DNA of 31,642 bases from a virus (lineage: Duplodnaviria > Caudoviricetes), in the IMG/VR virus record IMGVR_UViG_3300011339_000076, positions 1 to 31,642 of that record; one strand, written 5' to 3'. A program made the translations under genes and the position numbers. The stretch's first letter is position 1, and each line of letters begins with the position of its first letter. Below the pieces are notes generated by a model. That model was not told the DNA's origin. It saw only the letters and a program-made list of their open reading frames with translations, and searched no databases. Below, one piece after another: positions 1-7,937 of the stretch.

Positions 1-1796
1 CCACGATCGTGCCGCAGCCCATGACCTTGGAGCAGGAGTGGGAGTACATGAACGAGGACAGGAACACGCTGTTCATTAAGCAGAGGTTCAAGACGAACAC
101 GGAGAAGGGTAAGGACTACAGGCTGGTCCGAGTTGACGCACTAGGCAGAAGGCACTCACGCCTTGGAGATGTCCGAATCGTGCCGTACAGGTTCCCTGAA
201 CTACTTGACGCAAAGACAGCGGGCAGAGCCATCTACTTAGTGGAAGGCGAGAAGGCAGCCGACGCGCTGGTGTCCATCGGAGCCATAGCCACAACATCAC
301 ACGCTGGGGCTGGGCATTGGCCTGCTGAGATAACGCAGTACTTTGCAGGGGCTAACGTGGTGGTGGTCCCTGACAACGACAAGGCGGGACAGGAGTACGC
401 CAAGAAGGTAATCAAGAACCTATTGCCGGTGGCGAAGTCTGTCAGGTATTTAGACCTTGACCTTCCGTTCCCTGGCGATGACGCGCATGAGTGGGTGAAG
501 ATGGGAGGCACGAGGGCTGAACTCGCAGACCTTGCAAAGAAACTCCCAGCCATCACGGAATCAGATAGTGCAACGAACAGCGAACAGGTAGAGCCGTACT
601 ATGAAAATAGTACATCAGATGACTACAACTTCAAGTCAACTGAGCAAGACGAGTCAACCAAGGCCAAGCCTCTGTTCTTGAACATCGAGTCGTGGGACAC
701 GATACAGGATGAGCCAGTCGAGTGGCTGATAGAGAAGGTCATACCCAAGAAGTCCTTTGTTGCGCTGTACGGACCGCCAGGCAGTTACAAGTCCTTCATT
801 GCCTTGGACATTGCCGAGGCGGTGGCGACTGGCAGGACGTGGATGGGTAACGAAATCAGGTCGCCAGGCGCAGTGCTGTACATCTGCGGAGAGGGACACG
901 GAGGTATCGGGGCAAGGATCAGGGCTTGCAAGATACACAACAACACGCAGCAGGGCGCGGAAATCTACGTCATCAGACACCAACTCAACCTGAGATCGAG
1001 TGAGGAGGACTTTAACCTACTCATGTTGTCTATACAGCAACTCATCAACGACACGGGCGTGGAGTTCAGCCTGCTGCAAATAGATACCTTGGCCAGAGCT
1101 TTTGGCGGCGGCAACGAGAACGACTCTCAGGACATGGGAGCGTTCATCACCAACATCGGACGGGTACAGAGGATGCTGGACTGCACCATCATGATCTTGC
1201 ACCACTCAGGAAAGGATGCCACACGCGGACTCCGCGGTCACTCTTCCCTACTCGGAGCCGTGGACACGCAACTGGAACTCATCAGGATGGAAGGCGGTAA
1301 AAGCGACGGGATTGCCGGATCAGGGTTGCTAACCATCAGCAAGCAAAAGGACGGCGCGGACAACATCAAGATCGGATTTGAGATGGTCGAGGTGGAGTTA
1401 TCGCCATCCAGTTTGGGGCTGGAACCCGTCATCAGCCTTGCCGTTAACCCTTCGGATGAGGCGACGAGGGTCATGGCGGACACGGAAAAGAAGGAGAAAA
1501 AGCCTCCAAGCAGGTCAGGTGTTGGTAAGAACCAGCAAATCTGTCTTGACTCTTTGCACAAGGCGATTAAGGAATACGGGTCGATGATGGACTTGGATGG
1601 CAAGAGAAACAAAGCCGTAAAGATTGATTATTGGCTTGAAAAGTTTACCCAAGTGTGGGGTCATGGCAAGACAAGCAGGCAAATATCGAACGAATTCAGC
1701 CGCCATAAACGCGAATTTCTGTACGCAAATGGAGTGGAAATATTCAAGGATTTCGTTTGGGTTGTGTTCAAAGATGAGCCAAAAGAGCAGTTTTGA
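1..1796 (+). CDS. DNA primase-helicase (TOPRIM + RepA/AAA_25-type SF4 helicase), 5' truncated
   Basis: TOPRIM motifs LVEGEKAAD and PDND; Walker A GPPGSYKS; Walker B-like LLQIDTLAR; HHSGK...RGHSSL motif of RepA-like helicases. The frame is open to the window edge upstream of the GTG at 9. Confidence 0.88.
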   Translation, partial: TIVPQPMTLEQEWEYMNEDRNTLFIKQRFKTNTEKGKDYRLVRVDALGRRHSRLGDVRIVPYRFPELLDAKTAGRAIYLVEGEKAADALVSIGAIATTSHAGAGHWPAEITQYFAGANVVVVPDNDKAGQEYAKKVIKNLLPVAKSVRYLDLDLPFPGDDAHEWVKMGGTRAELADLAKKLPAITESDSATNSEQVEPYYENSTSDDYNFKSTEQDESTKAKPLFLNIESWDTIQDEPVEWLIEKVIPKKSFVALYGPPGSYKSFIALDIAEAVATGRTWMGNEIRSPGAVLYICGEGHGGIGARIRACKIHNNTQQGAEIYVIRHQLNLRSSEEDFNLLMLSIQQLINDTGVEFSLLQIDTLARAFGGGNENDSQDMGAFITNIGRVQRMLDCTIMILHHSGKDATRGLRGHSSLLGAVDTQLELIRMEGGKSDGIAGSGLLTISKQKDGADNIKIGFEMVEVELSPSSLGLEPVISLAVNPSDEATRVMADTEKKEKKPPSRSGVGKNQQICLDSLHKAIKEYGSMMDLDGKRNKAVKIDYWLEKFTQVWGHGKTSRQISNEFSRHKREFLYANGVEIFKDFVWVVFKDEPKEQF

Positions 1797-1805
1797 TGGC
1801 AAAAA

Positions 1806-1990
1806 GTAAACAAATGGTAAACAAATGGACGAGCAGAAATGAGAAAACTGCTAGTTATTTAAGCAATAAATCAGCAAGTCATCCTACAAATGGTAAACAA
1901 ATGGTAAACAAATGGAAGTCCATTTGTAGGCATAAGGTGTAAACAAATGGTGGCAAATCCCTTTAGGGATGCCCATCCATTTGTTTACAC
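1806..1990. repeat. Iteron-like 11-bp repeats (GTAAACAAATG) and inverted repeats; putative replication origin
   Basis: Direct copies at 1806, 1817, 1893, 1904 and 1939; inverted copy at 1978-1988; inverted pairs 1883-1893/1920-1930 and 1937-1950/1977-1990; AT-rich spacer about 1836-1872; directly downstream of the primase-helicase. Confidence 0.75.
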
Positions 1991-2027
1991 ATGGACAAGC
2001 AGTCGTAAGAAATTAGAAAGGTTTGAG

Positions 2028-2681
2028 ATGGTTACAAAGAAACGTGGGATCGAAGCAAAGATTGAGCAGCCGAGTTTTCCAGCCGACCCGTTCAAGGTCA
2101 AGTTGAACTCGTTGCTGTTGTCGGTAAGTAATCGGAAGAAAGACCATGAGGCTGTGTGGGGTATTGGTAGATTGATTGGGCTGGTGGATTCTGAGTTGCG
2201 GACAAAGTTCTGGAATCAGATGGAACGGGTTTGGTTGGCTCAAGAGAATCGGGACGAGGAAAGATTGGAGAAGGCAGTCAAGGGAATGATTGCGGGGTAT
2301 GACGCTTTGGAACAGTACGCGGTTGAGAACGGGATTGAGCAGATGCCGGACATTGCGGCGATTGAGCATGAGATGGCCGACGGTTCGGTGATGGTCATTG
2401 TCAAGACGAAGGACGATGCGTTGCTGTACCAGCAGTTCCGTCCAGAGGTACAAGGACGGCACATCTGGAACATGGAGGAGATCGAGACGATGATGGCCGG
2501 TGCGGTTATGCGAGAGGTCATCAAGATCAAGCAGTTGGACGCTGGAGCCACGATGGTGAAGGTGGGCGGTGACAGCGGGTTCGATGACATGGAAAGTGAC
2601 TTGGACTTCAGCAAGCCGTCAACCATGCCGAAGAAATTCAACACGGAACTGGCTGAGGCTGGCAGGAATGCCTCAATTTGA
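2028..2681 (+). CDS. Hypothetical phage protein
   Basis: Long ORF. ATG at 2028 follows AGAAAGG (SD-like); the earlier ATG at 1947 lies inside the origin hairpin. Confidence 0.75.
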   Translation: MVTKKRGIEAKIEQPSFPADPFKVKLNSLLLSVSNRKKDHEAVWGIGRLIGLVDSELRTKFWNQMERVWLAQENRDEERLEKAVKGMIAGYDALEQYAVENGIEQMPDIAAIEHEMADGSVMVIVKTKDDALLYQQFRPEVQGRHIWNMEEIETMMAGAVMREVIKIKQLDAGATMVKVGGDSGFDDMESDLDFSKPSTMPKKFNTELAEAGRNASI

Positions 2682-2748
2682 CGAGAAAATGGGTAGGTTG
2701 ATAGGTTGGGTGCTTGGATAGACTAAAACGCTTAGAAAGGGCTTAGAA

Positions 2749-3183
2749 ATGGCTGGTCAGAAAAAGAAACGATTGGACTTGGAGGTGCTTGAGTCGATAC
2801 CCGTTGACCACATCGTGACGATGTTTGAGGCAGGGAAATCTATGACTCGCATCTGTATGGACTTGGGTATTGGGCGGCGGGCGTTGGAGATTTGGTGCGA
2901 AACAGAACCTAACGCAGATAGAATTACCCTCGCGCGCGCCCGTGCAGCCGACAATTTGGCGTGTGAGACGCTGGAGATCGCCGACTCAGCGGCCATCGAG
3001 GAGTCCAACCTGGCGCGTGTACGCATCCAAACGCGCCAATGGCTAGCCGAGAAGTGGAAACCTAGCGTCTACGCGCAGCAGAAGGGCCAGTCGGTCAGCA
3101 TCAACATCCAAGGTATGCGTATGGACGCACTGCGACACGTCGAGGTACTCGAAGACTTATCCACACCCAAATTATCCACTTAG
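2749..3183 (+). CDS. terS: Terminase small subunit (Sf6 gp1-like)
   Basis: N-terminal HTH-like segment, then ARARAADNLACETLEIAD...ARVRIQTRQWLAEKWKP typical of this TerS family; upstream of terL. Confidence 0.8.
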   Translation: MAGQKKKRLDLEVLESIPVDHIVTMFEAGKSMTRICMDLGIGRRALEIWCETEPNADRITLARARAADNLACETLEIADSAAIEESNLARVRIQTRQWLAEKWKPSVYAQQKGQSVSINIQGMRMDALRHVEVLEDLSTPKLST

Positions 3184-3244
3184 TCACAATAACCTGTGGA
3201 TAAGTACCAAACAGACACACAATCCATGTATAACCTGTGCGTAA
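3157..3244. promoter_or_regulatory. Cluster of DnaA boxes
   Basis: TTATCCACA 3157-3165 (perfect), TTATCCACT 3172-3180 (1 mismatch), TGTGGATAA 3195-3203 (perfect, reverse), TGTGCGTAA 3236-3244 (degenerate, reverse). Confidence 0.65.
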
Positions 3245-3423
3245 GTGGCAATCCTATTAACATAATGAACACTGTATCAATTACAGTTCCGCATCGTGGA
3301 ATCCTGCTTGTCTGGGGCTGGGTTCTGGCCGTCTGGCGGCTGACCCCCCCCTCGCGCCATCGGCGGGGGCGGGACTGATGCTGCCCCTAAGAAATACCGA
3401 CCACAACCCATAGAAAGCCGCCA

Positions 3424-4944
3424 ATGACCACACCCCCCACCCCCACTATGGAACTCGCCCCTCTCCCAAAAAAAAATAAAAAAAATGGAGAATTGACTAC
3501 TCAAGCAATAGAACAGATTGCGGCCATGTCCGCAGCCGAAGACAAGAACCCGTTCATCGCGTTCGTGAAACGCTACAAGCACAACCCGACCCTGTTTGTC
3601 CAGGAGGTACTCAACACACAGCCCGATGACTGGCAGAAAGAGTTCCTTGCCCACATCGCGGACGGGAACCGACGAATCAGCGTCAGGTCAGGCCACGGGG
3701 TCGGCAAGTCCACAGCAGCGTCCTGGGCAATCCTTTGGTATCTGTTCCTACGCTTCCCAGTGAAAATCGTCTTAACGGCCCCCACCTCCAGCCAACTGTA
3801 CGACGCACTATTCGCTGAGTTGAAGCGTTGGGTCAAGGCACTACCCGAAACCCTGAGAGATCAACTCGAAGTCAAGCAAGACCGCATCGAGGTCAAAGAG
3901 GCCCCCAACGAGGCGTTCATCTCAGCACGGACATCACGAGCCGAGCAGCCCGAAGCCCTTCAGGGTGTCCACTCAGAGAACGTGATGCTAGTCGCGGATG
4001 AGGCATCGGGTATCCCTGAACAGGTCTTCGAGGCCGCAGCCGGTTCCATGTCAGGACACTCTGCCGTGACGTTATTACTTGGCAACCCTGTCAGAAGTTC
4101 GGGGTTCTTTTACGACACCCACAACAGGCTCAAGGATGACTGGATCACGATGCGGGTCAACTGCACCGACTCCCCCCGAGTGTCAGAGGCTTATGTCGAT
4201 GAGATGCGGTCAAGGTACGGCGAGGAGTCCAACGCCTTCCGTATCCGCGTACTTGGTGAGTTCCCGTGTTCAGACGATGACACCGTCATCCCAATGGAAC
4301 TCCTTGAGATGGCCATGAATCGTGACGTGGAACCCTCCGCACACGCCCGTCTTGTGTGGGGATTGGACGTTGCGCGGTTCGGTTCCGACAGGTCTGCCCT
4401 GTGCAAGCGTCAGGGGAATGCGGTCTTGGAACCCGTGAAGACGTGGAAGAACTTGGACTTGATGCAACTCACCGGTGCGGTGGTGGCAGAGTACGAGGCC
4501 CTGCAACCCAGCCAACGACCCCATGAGATTCTTGTGGACAGCATCGGTTTGGGTGCTGGCGTGGTTGACAGGCTGCGAGAACTGAAGCTGCCAGCGCGAG
4601 GAATCAACGTCTCCGAGTCACCGGCGATGGGCGCGACCTACAGAAACCTGAAGGCTGAGTTGTGGCACAAAGCCAAAGCCTGGTTAGAGCAAAGGGACTG
4701 CAAGATGCCTAGGGATGAGTCCCTGATCGCTGAACTGGCTGCCGTGAGGTACTCGTTCACAAGTTCGGGAAAGATTCAGATTGAGGGAAAAGATGAGATT
4801 CGCAAGCGTGGTTTGGCCTCTCCAGATCGCGGTGATGCATTCTGTCTCACATTTGCCAGCGATGCCATCATGGGAATGTACGGCTCTGCCGCAAGTTCCG
4901 TTTGGAACAAACCCCTGCGCCGAAATATTCCAAGAGTTGCATAA
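3424..4944 (+). CDS. terL: Terminase large subunit
   Basis: Walker A SGHGVGKS, Walker B LVADEASG, coupling motif LGNP, RNase H-like nuclease GLDVARFGSD and C-terminal SPDRGDA. Start uncertain (alternative ATG at 3526). Confidence 0.95.
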   Translation: MTTPPTPTMELAPLPKKNKKNGELTTQAIEQIAAMSAAEDKNPFIAFVKRYKHNPTLFVQEVLNTQPDDWQKEFLAHIADGNRRISVRSGHGVGKSTAASWAILWYLFLRFPVKIVLTAPTSSQLYDALFAELKRWVKALPETLRDQLEVKQDRIEVKEAPNEAFISARTSRAEQPEALQGVHSENVMLVADEASGIPEQVFEAAAGSMSGHSAVTLLLGNPVRSSGFFYDTHNRLKDDWITMRVNCTDSPRVSEAYVDEMRSRYGEESNAFRIRVLGEFPCSDDDTVIPMELLEMAMNRDVEPSAHARLVWGLDVARFGSDRSALCKRQGNAVLEPVKTWKNLDLMQLTGAVVAEYEALQPSQRPHEILVDSIGLGAGVVDRLRELKLPARGINVSESPAMGATYRNLKAELWHKAKAWLEQRDCKMPRDESLIAELAAVRYSFTSSGKIQIEGKDEIRKRGLASPDRGDAFCLTFASDAIMGMYGSAASSVWNKPLRRNIPRVA

Positions 4945-4951
4945 TTGGGGC

Positions 4952-5139
4952 TACGCACTAACACGCATGGGGATTGCGCCGCAGTCATAGTTGCTGCCTG
5001 ATTTCAAGGGTCAAGCTAGTCCCCAGCCGTGTTGGTGTGTAACATTGAATCAGAGTACATCATGTAATCCCACTGATTGACATGGGGAAGTTGGCGGCTA
5101 GAACTGTGGTGAAACCGTCCACCAACAATTTATTTTTTT
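4952..5139 (+). ncRNA. Candidate structured RNA or attenuator-like element
   Basis: Long stem 4952-4976 pairing with 5017-5041 and containing several G-U pairs; alternative pairing TGTTGGTG (5030-5037) with CACCAACA (5120-5127); followed by a T-rich run. Confidence 0.5.
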
Positions 5140-5152
5140 GAAAGGATAGGCA

Positions 5153-5644
5153 ATGGCAACACAACCAAGCCGCAGCATCCCGTCACGCTACCAAGGCGCA
5201 ATGGATCAGATGATGAAGGAAGACACAGACACATCAAACTGTCCACTTCCCACCCAAGACATCACCCTCAATCTGAAGAACCGAGCCAAGGCGATCACCA
5301 CCGCGGCCTACGGTCCTGAGAACCCCAAACTACCAAACGAGGCTTACTGGAAGCGCATGGGCGACGAGTGGGACGTGTCTGCCGAGGAAGCAAAGCAAAG
5401 CCGTTGCGGTAACTGCGCGGCGTTCAACGTCTCCGACTCAATCAAGCAGTGCATCGCTGACGGCATCGGAAACGATACCGACCCCGCTGACGTTATCAAG
5501 TTGGCCGACCTTGGCTACTGCGAAATCTTTGACTTCAAGTGCGCAGCAAGCCGCAGTTGCCGTGCGTGGGTCGTTGGCGGCCCCAACACCGGCGAGGCCA
5601 AAGACGAAGAGATGGAATCAGAAACCGAAGGGGAAGACGAATGA
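5153..5644 (+). CDS. Cys-rich protein with HiPIP-like cysteine pattern
   Basis: SRCGNCAAF...GYCEIFDFKCAASRSCRAW; SD-like AAAGGA upstream; acidic C-terminal tail. Confidence 0.6.
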   Translation: MATQPSRSIPSRYQGAMDQMMKEDTDTSNCPLPTQDITLNLKNRAKAITTAAYGPENPKLPNEAYWKRMGDEWDVSAEEAKQSRCGNCAAFNVSDSIKQCIADGIGNDTDPADVIKLADLGYCEIFDFKCAASRSCRAWVVGGPNTGEAKDEEMESETEGEDE

Positions 5645-5799
5645 AAGCAGGACTCTACGCAAATATCAACGCCAAGCAAGCCCGTATAAAGGCAGGCAGC
5701 GGCGAGAAGATGAACAAGGTCGGCAGCAAGGCAGCACCCAGCGCAGCCGACTTCAAGAAGTCTGCCAAGACAGCCAAAAAGCCAATGAAGAAGAAATGA
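5641..5799 (+). CDS. Small Lys/Ala-rich basic protein (52 aa)
   Basis: ATGA overlap with the upstream stop; MKAGLYANINAKQARIKAGSGEKM...; GGGGAAG SD-like sequence upstream. Confidence 0.7.
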   Translation: MKAGLYANINAKQARIKAGSGEKMNKVGSKAAPSAADFKKSAKTAKKPMKKK

Positions 5800-6089
5800 C
5801 AGCAGCCTGGCAACGCAAAGAGGGGCAAAATGCCAAAGGCGGTCTGAATGCCAAGGGTCGCGCCAGCCTGAAGGCGGCAGGCCAAGACATCAAGCCGCCA
5901 GTCAAGTCAGGCGATAACCCGCGACGTGCGAGTTTTCTTTCGCGGATGGCGGGTAACGCCGGCCCTGAGTACAAGGACGGTGAAAAAACCCGACTTCTCT
6001 TGAGTCTTAATGCGTGGGGCGCATCCAGTAAAGCCGATGCCAAGGCAAAAGCCAAGGCGATCAGCGCAAGGAATAAGGCTAAAAAGTGA
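5796..6089 (+). CDS. Small basic phage protein (97 aa)
   Basis: ATGA overlap; MTAAWQRKEGQNAKGGLNAKGRAS...PRRASFLSRM...LSLNAWG, resembling basic proteins found near terL/portal in similar phages. Confidence 0.75.
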   Translation: MTAAWQRKEGQNAKGGLNAKGRASLKAAGQDIKPPVKSGDNPRRASFLSRMAGNAGPEYKDGEKTRLLLSLNAWGASSKADAKAKAKAISARNKAKK

Positions 6090-6766
6090 CGCCTATTGGA
6101 ATCTGTTCAAAAAACGAGAAGTGCTTACCCGTACTTCTTAAATCTATTGAGTTGTATGTGCCGGAAGATGTTGAGGTTTTTATAACTAGCCCAAACATTC
6201 AATCTCTGCCAAAACATAAAGTGCATCACTTTGTGCATACATACGAGACTGGTGGTGCTGCCCATAACTTTCTGGCTCACAAAATATTTGAGACGCATGA
6301 CAGTTTTGTCTCTATCGACGACGATGTGGTGTTGAACCCAAACACATACAGCGTATTGATTGATGATGTCAATAAACTCAAGTCAATGGGCATAAAACTT
6401 GGCATTGTGGCCGGAAGAACAAACTACGCCAAGGGTTTTCAGAATATCCGCAGGGGAGACGGCAAACTGTATTCGCTTGGATATGAGAGTGAAGAACTAA
6501 TTGTTGAGACAGATTACTTGGCTGGCATTGTCGCTTGGTGTCAAAAGTCAACTTGGATTGACCTTGCCCCAATAGACTGGTTTTCAGACGACTTGCAATG
6601 CAATGAATTTATAAAAAACGATTGCAGACTTTTTGTATCTCGCGCATATTTTCATCATGTTGGGTCGCAGACATTCGGGACTGACTTTGCCAAGTGCAAA
6701 AAAAACTCAGAAGCCTGGTTACGCGATAACAGACCAGATATGCACCAAAAATACTTTGGTGGTTAA
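6086..6766 (+). CDS. Glycosyltransferase, GT-A fold (GT2-like)
   Basis: SIDDDVV (DxD), WFSDD acidic motif, HHVGSQT; GTGA overlap start; AT-rich relative to neighbours. Confidence 0.7.
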   Translation: MTPIGICSKNEKCLPVLLKSIELYVPEDVEVFITSPNIQSLPKHKVHHFVHTYETGGAAHNFLAHKIFETHDSFVSIDDDVVLNPNTYSVLIDDVNKLKSMGIKLGIVAGRTNYAKGFQNIRRGDGKLYSLGYESEELIVETDYLAGIVAWCQKSTWIDLAPIDWFSDDLQCNEFIKNDCRLFVSRAYFHHVGSQTFGTDFAKCKKNSEAWLRDNRPDMHQKYFGG

Positions 6767-6769
6767 CAA

Positions 6770-7468
6770 ATGATTTCTCCGATCTGCATCTCAACCGTCA
6801 CCGGCAAGGGTCTTGCCGTGATGCTGACAAGTATTGATGAGTACTGCCCCGAGGCTCCCGTTTACCTGCGCGGCCCTTTGCACGTAATCAGCCACTTTGA
6901 GGCCGACTACAAGATGGAAGGCGACAAGAGCAACTTCGGTGATGCCTACAACGCCATCATCGACAAGGCGTTCTCCGATGGTTTTAGTTCCGTGGTGGTG
7001 GCAAACGACGATATTGTCCTAACCCCCACCAGTTACAAGTACCTGCTTGAAGACGTGCTGCAACTCAAGAAGCAATTTAAGGAACCCTTGGGCTGGGTAT
7101 CGGCACGATGCGACGCAGCCCGATCTGTGCAGAACATCAGGTCGAACCCATTCAATGAACAATTAAATTACTTCAAATACCCCTACGAGGACTCCATCAT
7201 CCCAATGCAGTGCCTCTCCCCGATATTCGGGTGGATCAGCGACGAGGCGTGGAACACGTTCAAGTTCCCACCCCTGAACTGGTACTCCGATGATGTCCAC
7301 TGTGAAGACCTGCGAGCCGCTGGGTTCCAGCACTACCTATCCCGATCCTACGTTCACCACATTGGTTCACAAACTATTGGCCTTGACGGAGAAAAACTTA
7401 CTGCCCAGGCCAAACCTTGGATCATTGAAAACAGGCCACGCTATGCAGCAGACTGGTTCAATTCTTAA
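6770..7468 (+). CDS. Glycosyltransferase, GT-A fold (GT2-like), paralog of the upstream gene
   Basis: NFGDAYN, VANDDIV, WYSDD and HHIGSQT motifs. Confidence 0.75.
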   Translation: MISPICISTVTGKGLAVMLTSIDEYCPEAPVYLRGPLHVISHFEADYKMEGDKSNFGDAYNAIIDKAFSDGFSSVVVANDDIVLTPTSYKYLLEDVLQLKKQFKEPLGWVSARCDAARSVQNIRSNPFNEQLNYFKYPYEDSIIPMQCLSPIFGWISDEAWNTFKFPPLNWYSDDVHCEDLRAAGFQHYLSRSYVHHIGSQTIGLDGEKLTAQAKPWIIENRPRYAADWFNS

Positions 7469-7937
7469 CCTCGGCTCCGGCAAAGACCGGCGCGAGGGTT
7501 GTATCAACGCAGACATCCGCAACGATGTCGGAGCCGACTGGGTGATGGACATCTGCAAGCCAGTGCCAAGCCGACAGTTCTCTCAGATCATCGCCAACGA
7601 TGTACTTGAACACCTGCCCGACCTAGTGGCGGCCATGAAGAATTGCAGGGATATGCTGGAGATGGGTGGCAAGATGCACATTCAAGTACCCTACGACTTG
7701 AGCCTTGGAGCATGGCAGGACCCGACGCACGTCCGCGCCTTCAACGAGAAGTCGTGGGTCTACTACTGCGAGTGGTCGTGGTACTTGGGCTGGAAGGACA
7801 CCAAGTTCGAGATGATCCACCTTGAGTGCAGGCTCAGTGACTACGGTGCTGCCCTAGAATTACCCCAAGAGGAATTGATGCGGACACCCCGCGCCGTTGA
7901 TTCCATGTACGTGATCTTGAAGAAAGTACCGATATGA
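7443..7937 (+). CDS. Class I SAM-dependent methyltransferase (type 11-like)
   Basis: Motif I ILNLGSG, NADI, DVLEHL, GGKMHIQVP, DPTHVRAF. Start taken at ATG 7443, overlapping the GT end. Confidence 0.85.
   Translation: MQQTGSILNLGSGKDRREGCINADIRNDVGADWVMDICKPVPSRQFSQIIANDVLEHLPDLVAAMKNCRDMLEMGGKMHIQVPYDLSLGAWQDPTHVRAFNEKSWVYYCEWSWYLGWKDTKFEMIHLECRLSDYGAALELPQEELMRTPRAVDSMYVILKKVPI

Noticed and set aside
1947-2027. N-terminal extension of the 244-aa ORF
   Set aside because: The ATG at 1947 is part of an iteron inside the hairpin; ATG 2028 has an SD-like sequence.
3272-3286. LexA (SOS) box-like CTGT...ACAG palindrome
   Set aside because: The spacer is 7 nt, not the 8 nt required for CTGT-N8-ACAG; only a short inverted repeat can be claimed.
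3196-3378. 60-aa ORF in the terS-terL gap
   Set aside because: It runs through DnaA boxes and the GC hairpin, has no clear SD and has no recognisable protein features.
5077-5104. Sigma70 promoter with perfect TTGACA
   Set aside because: The best -10 (TAGAAC at 16-nt spacing) lacks the conserved final T; insufficient support.
4945-5152. tRNA gene in the post-terL gap
   Set aside because: No T-loop GTTCRA or cloverleaf of tRNA dimensions was found.
5511-5795. 192-aa and 86-aa ORF-track starts at 5511 and 5539
   Set aside because: They overlap the upstream gene; ATGA-coupled starts at 5641 and 5796 explain the region better.
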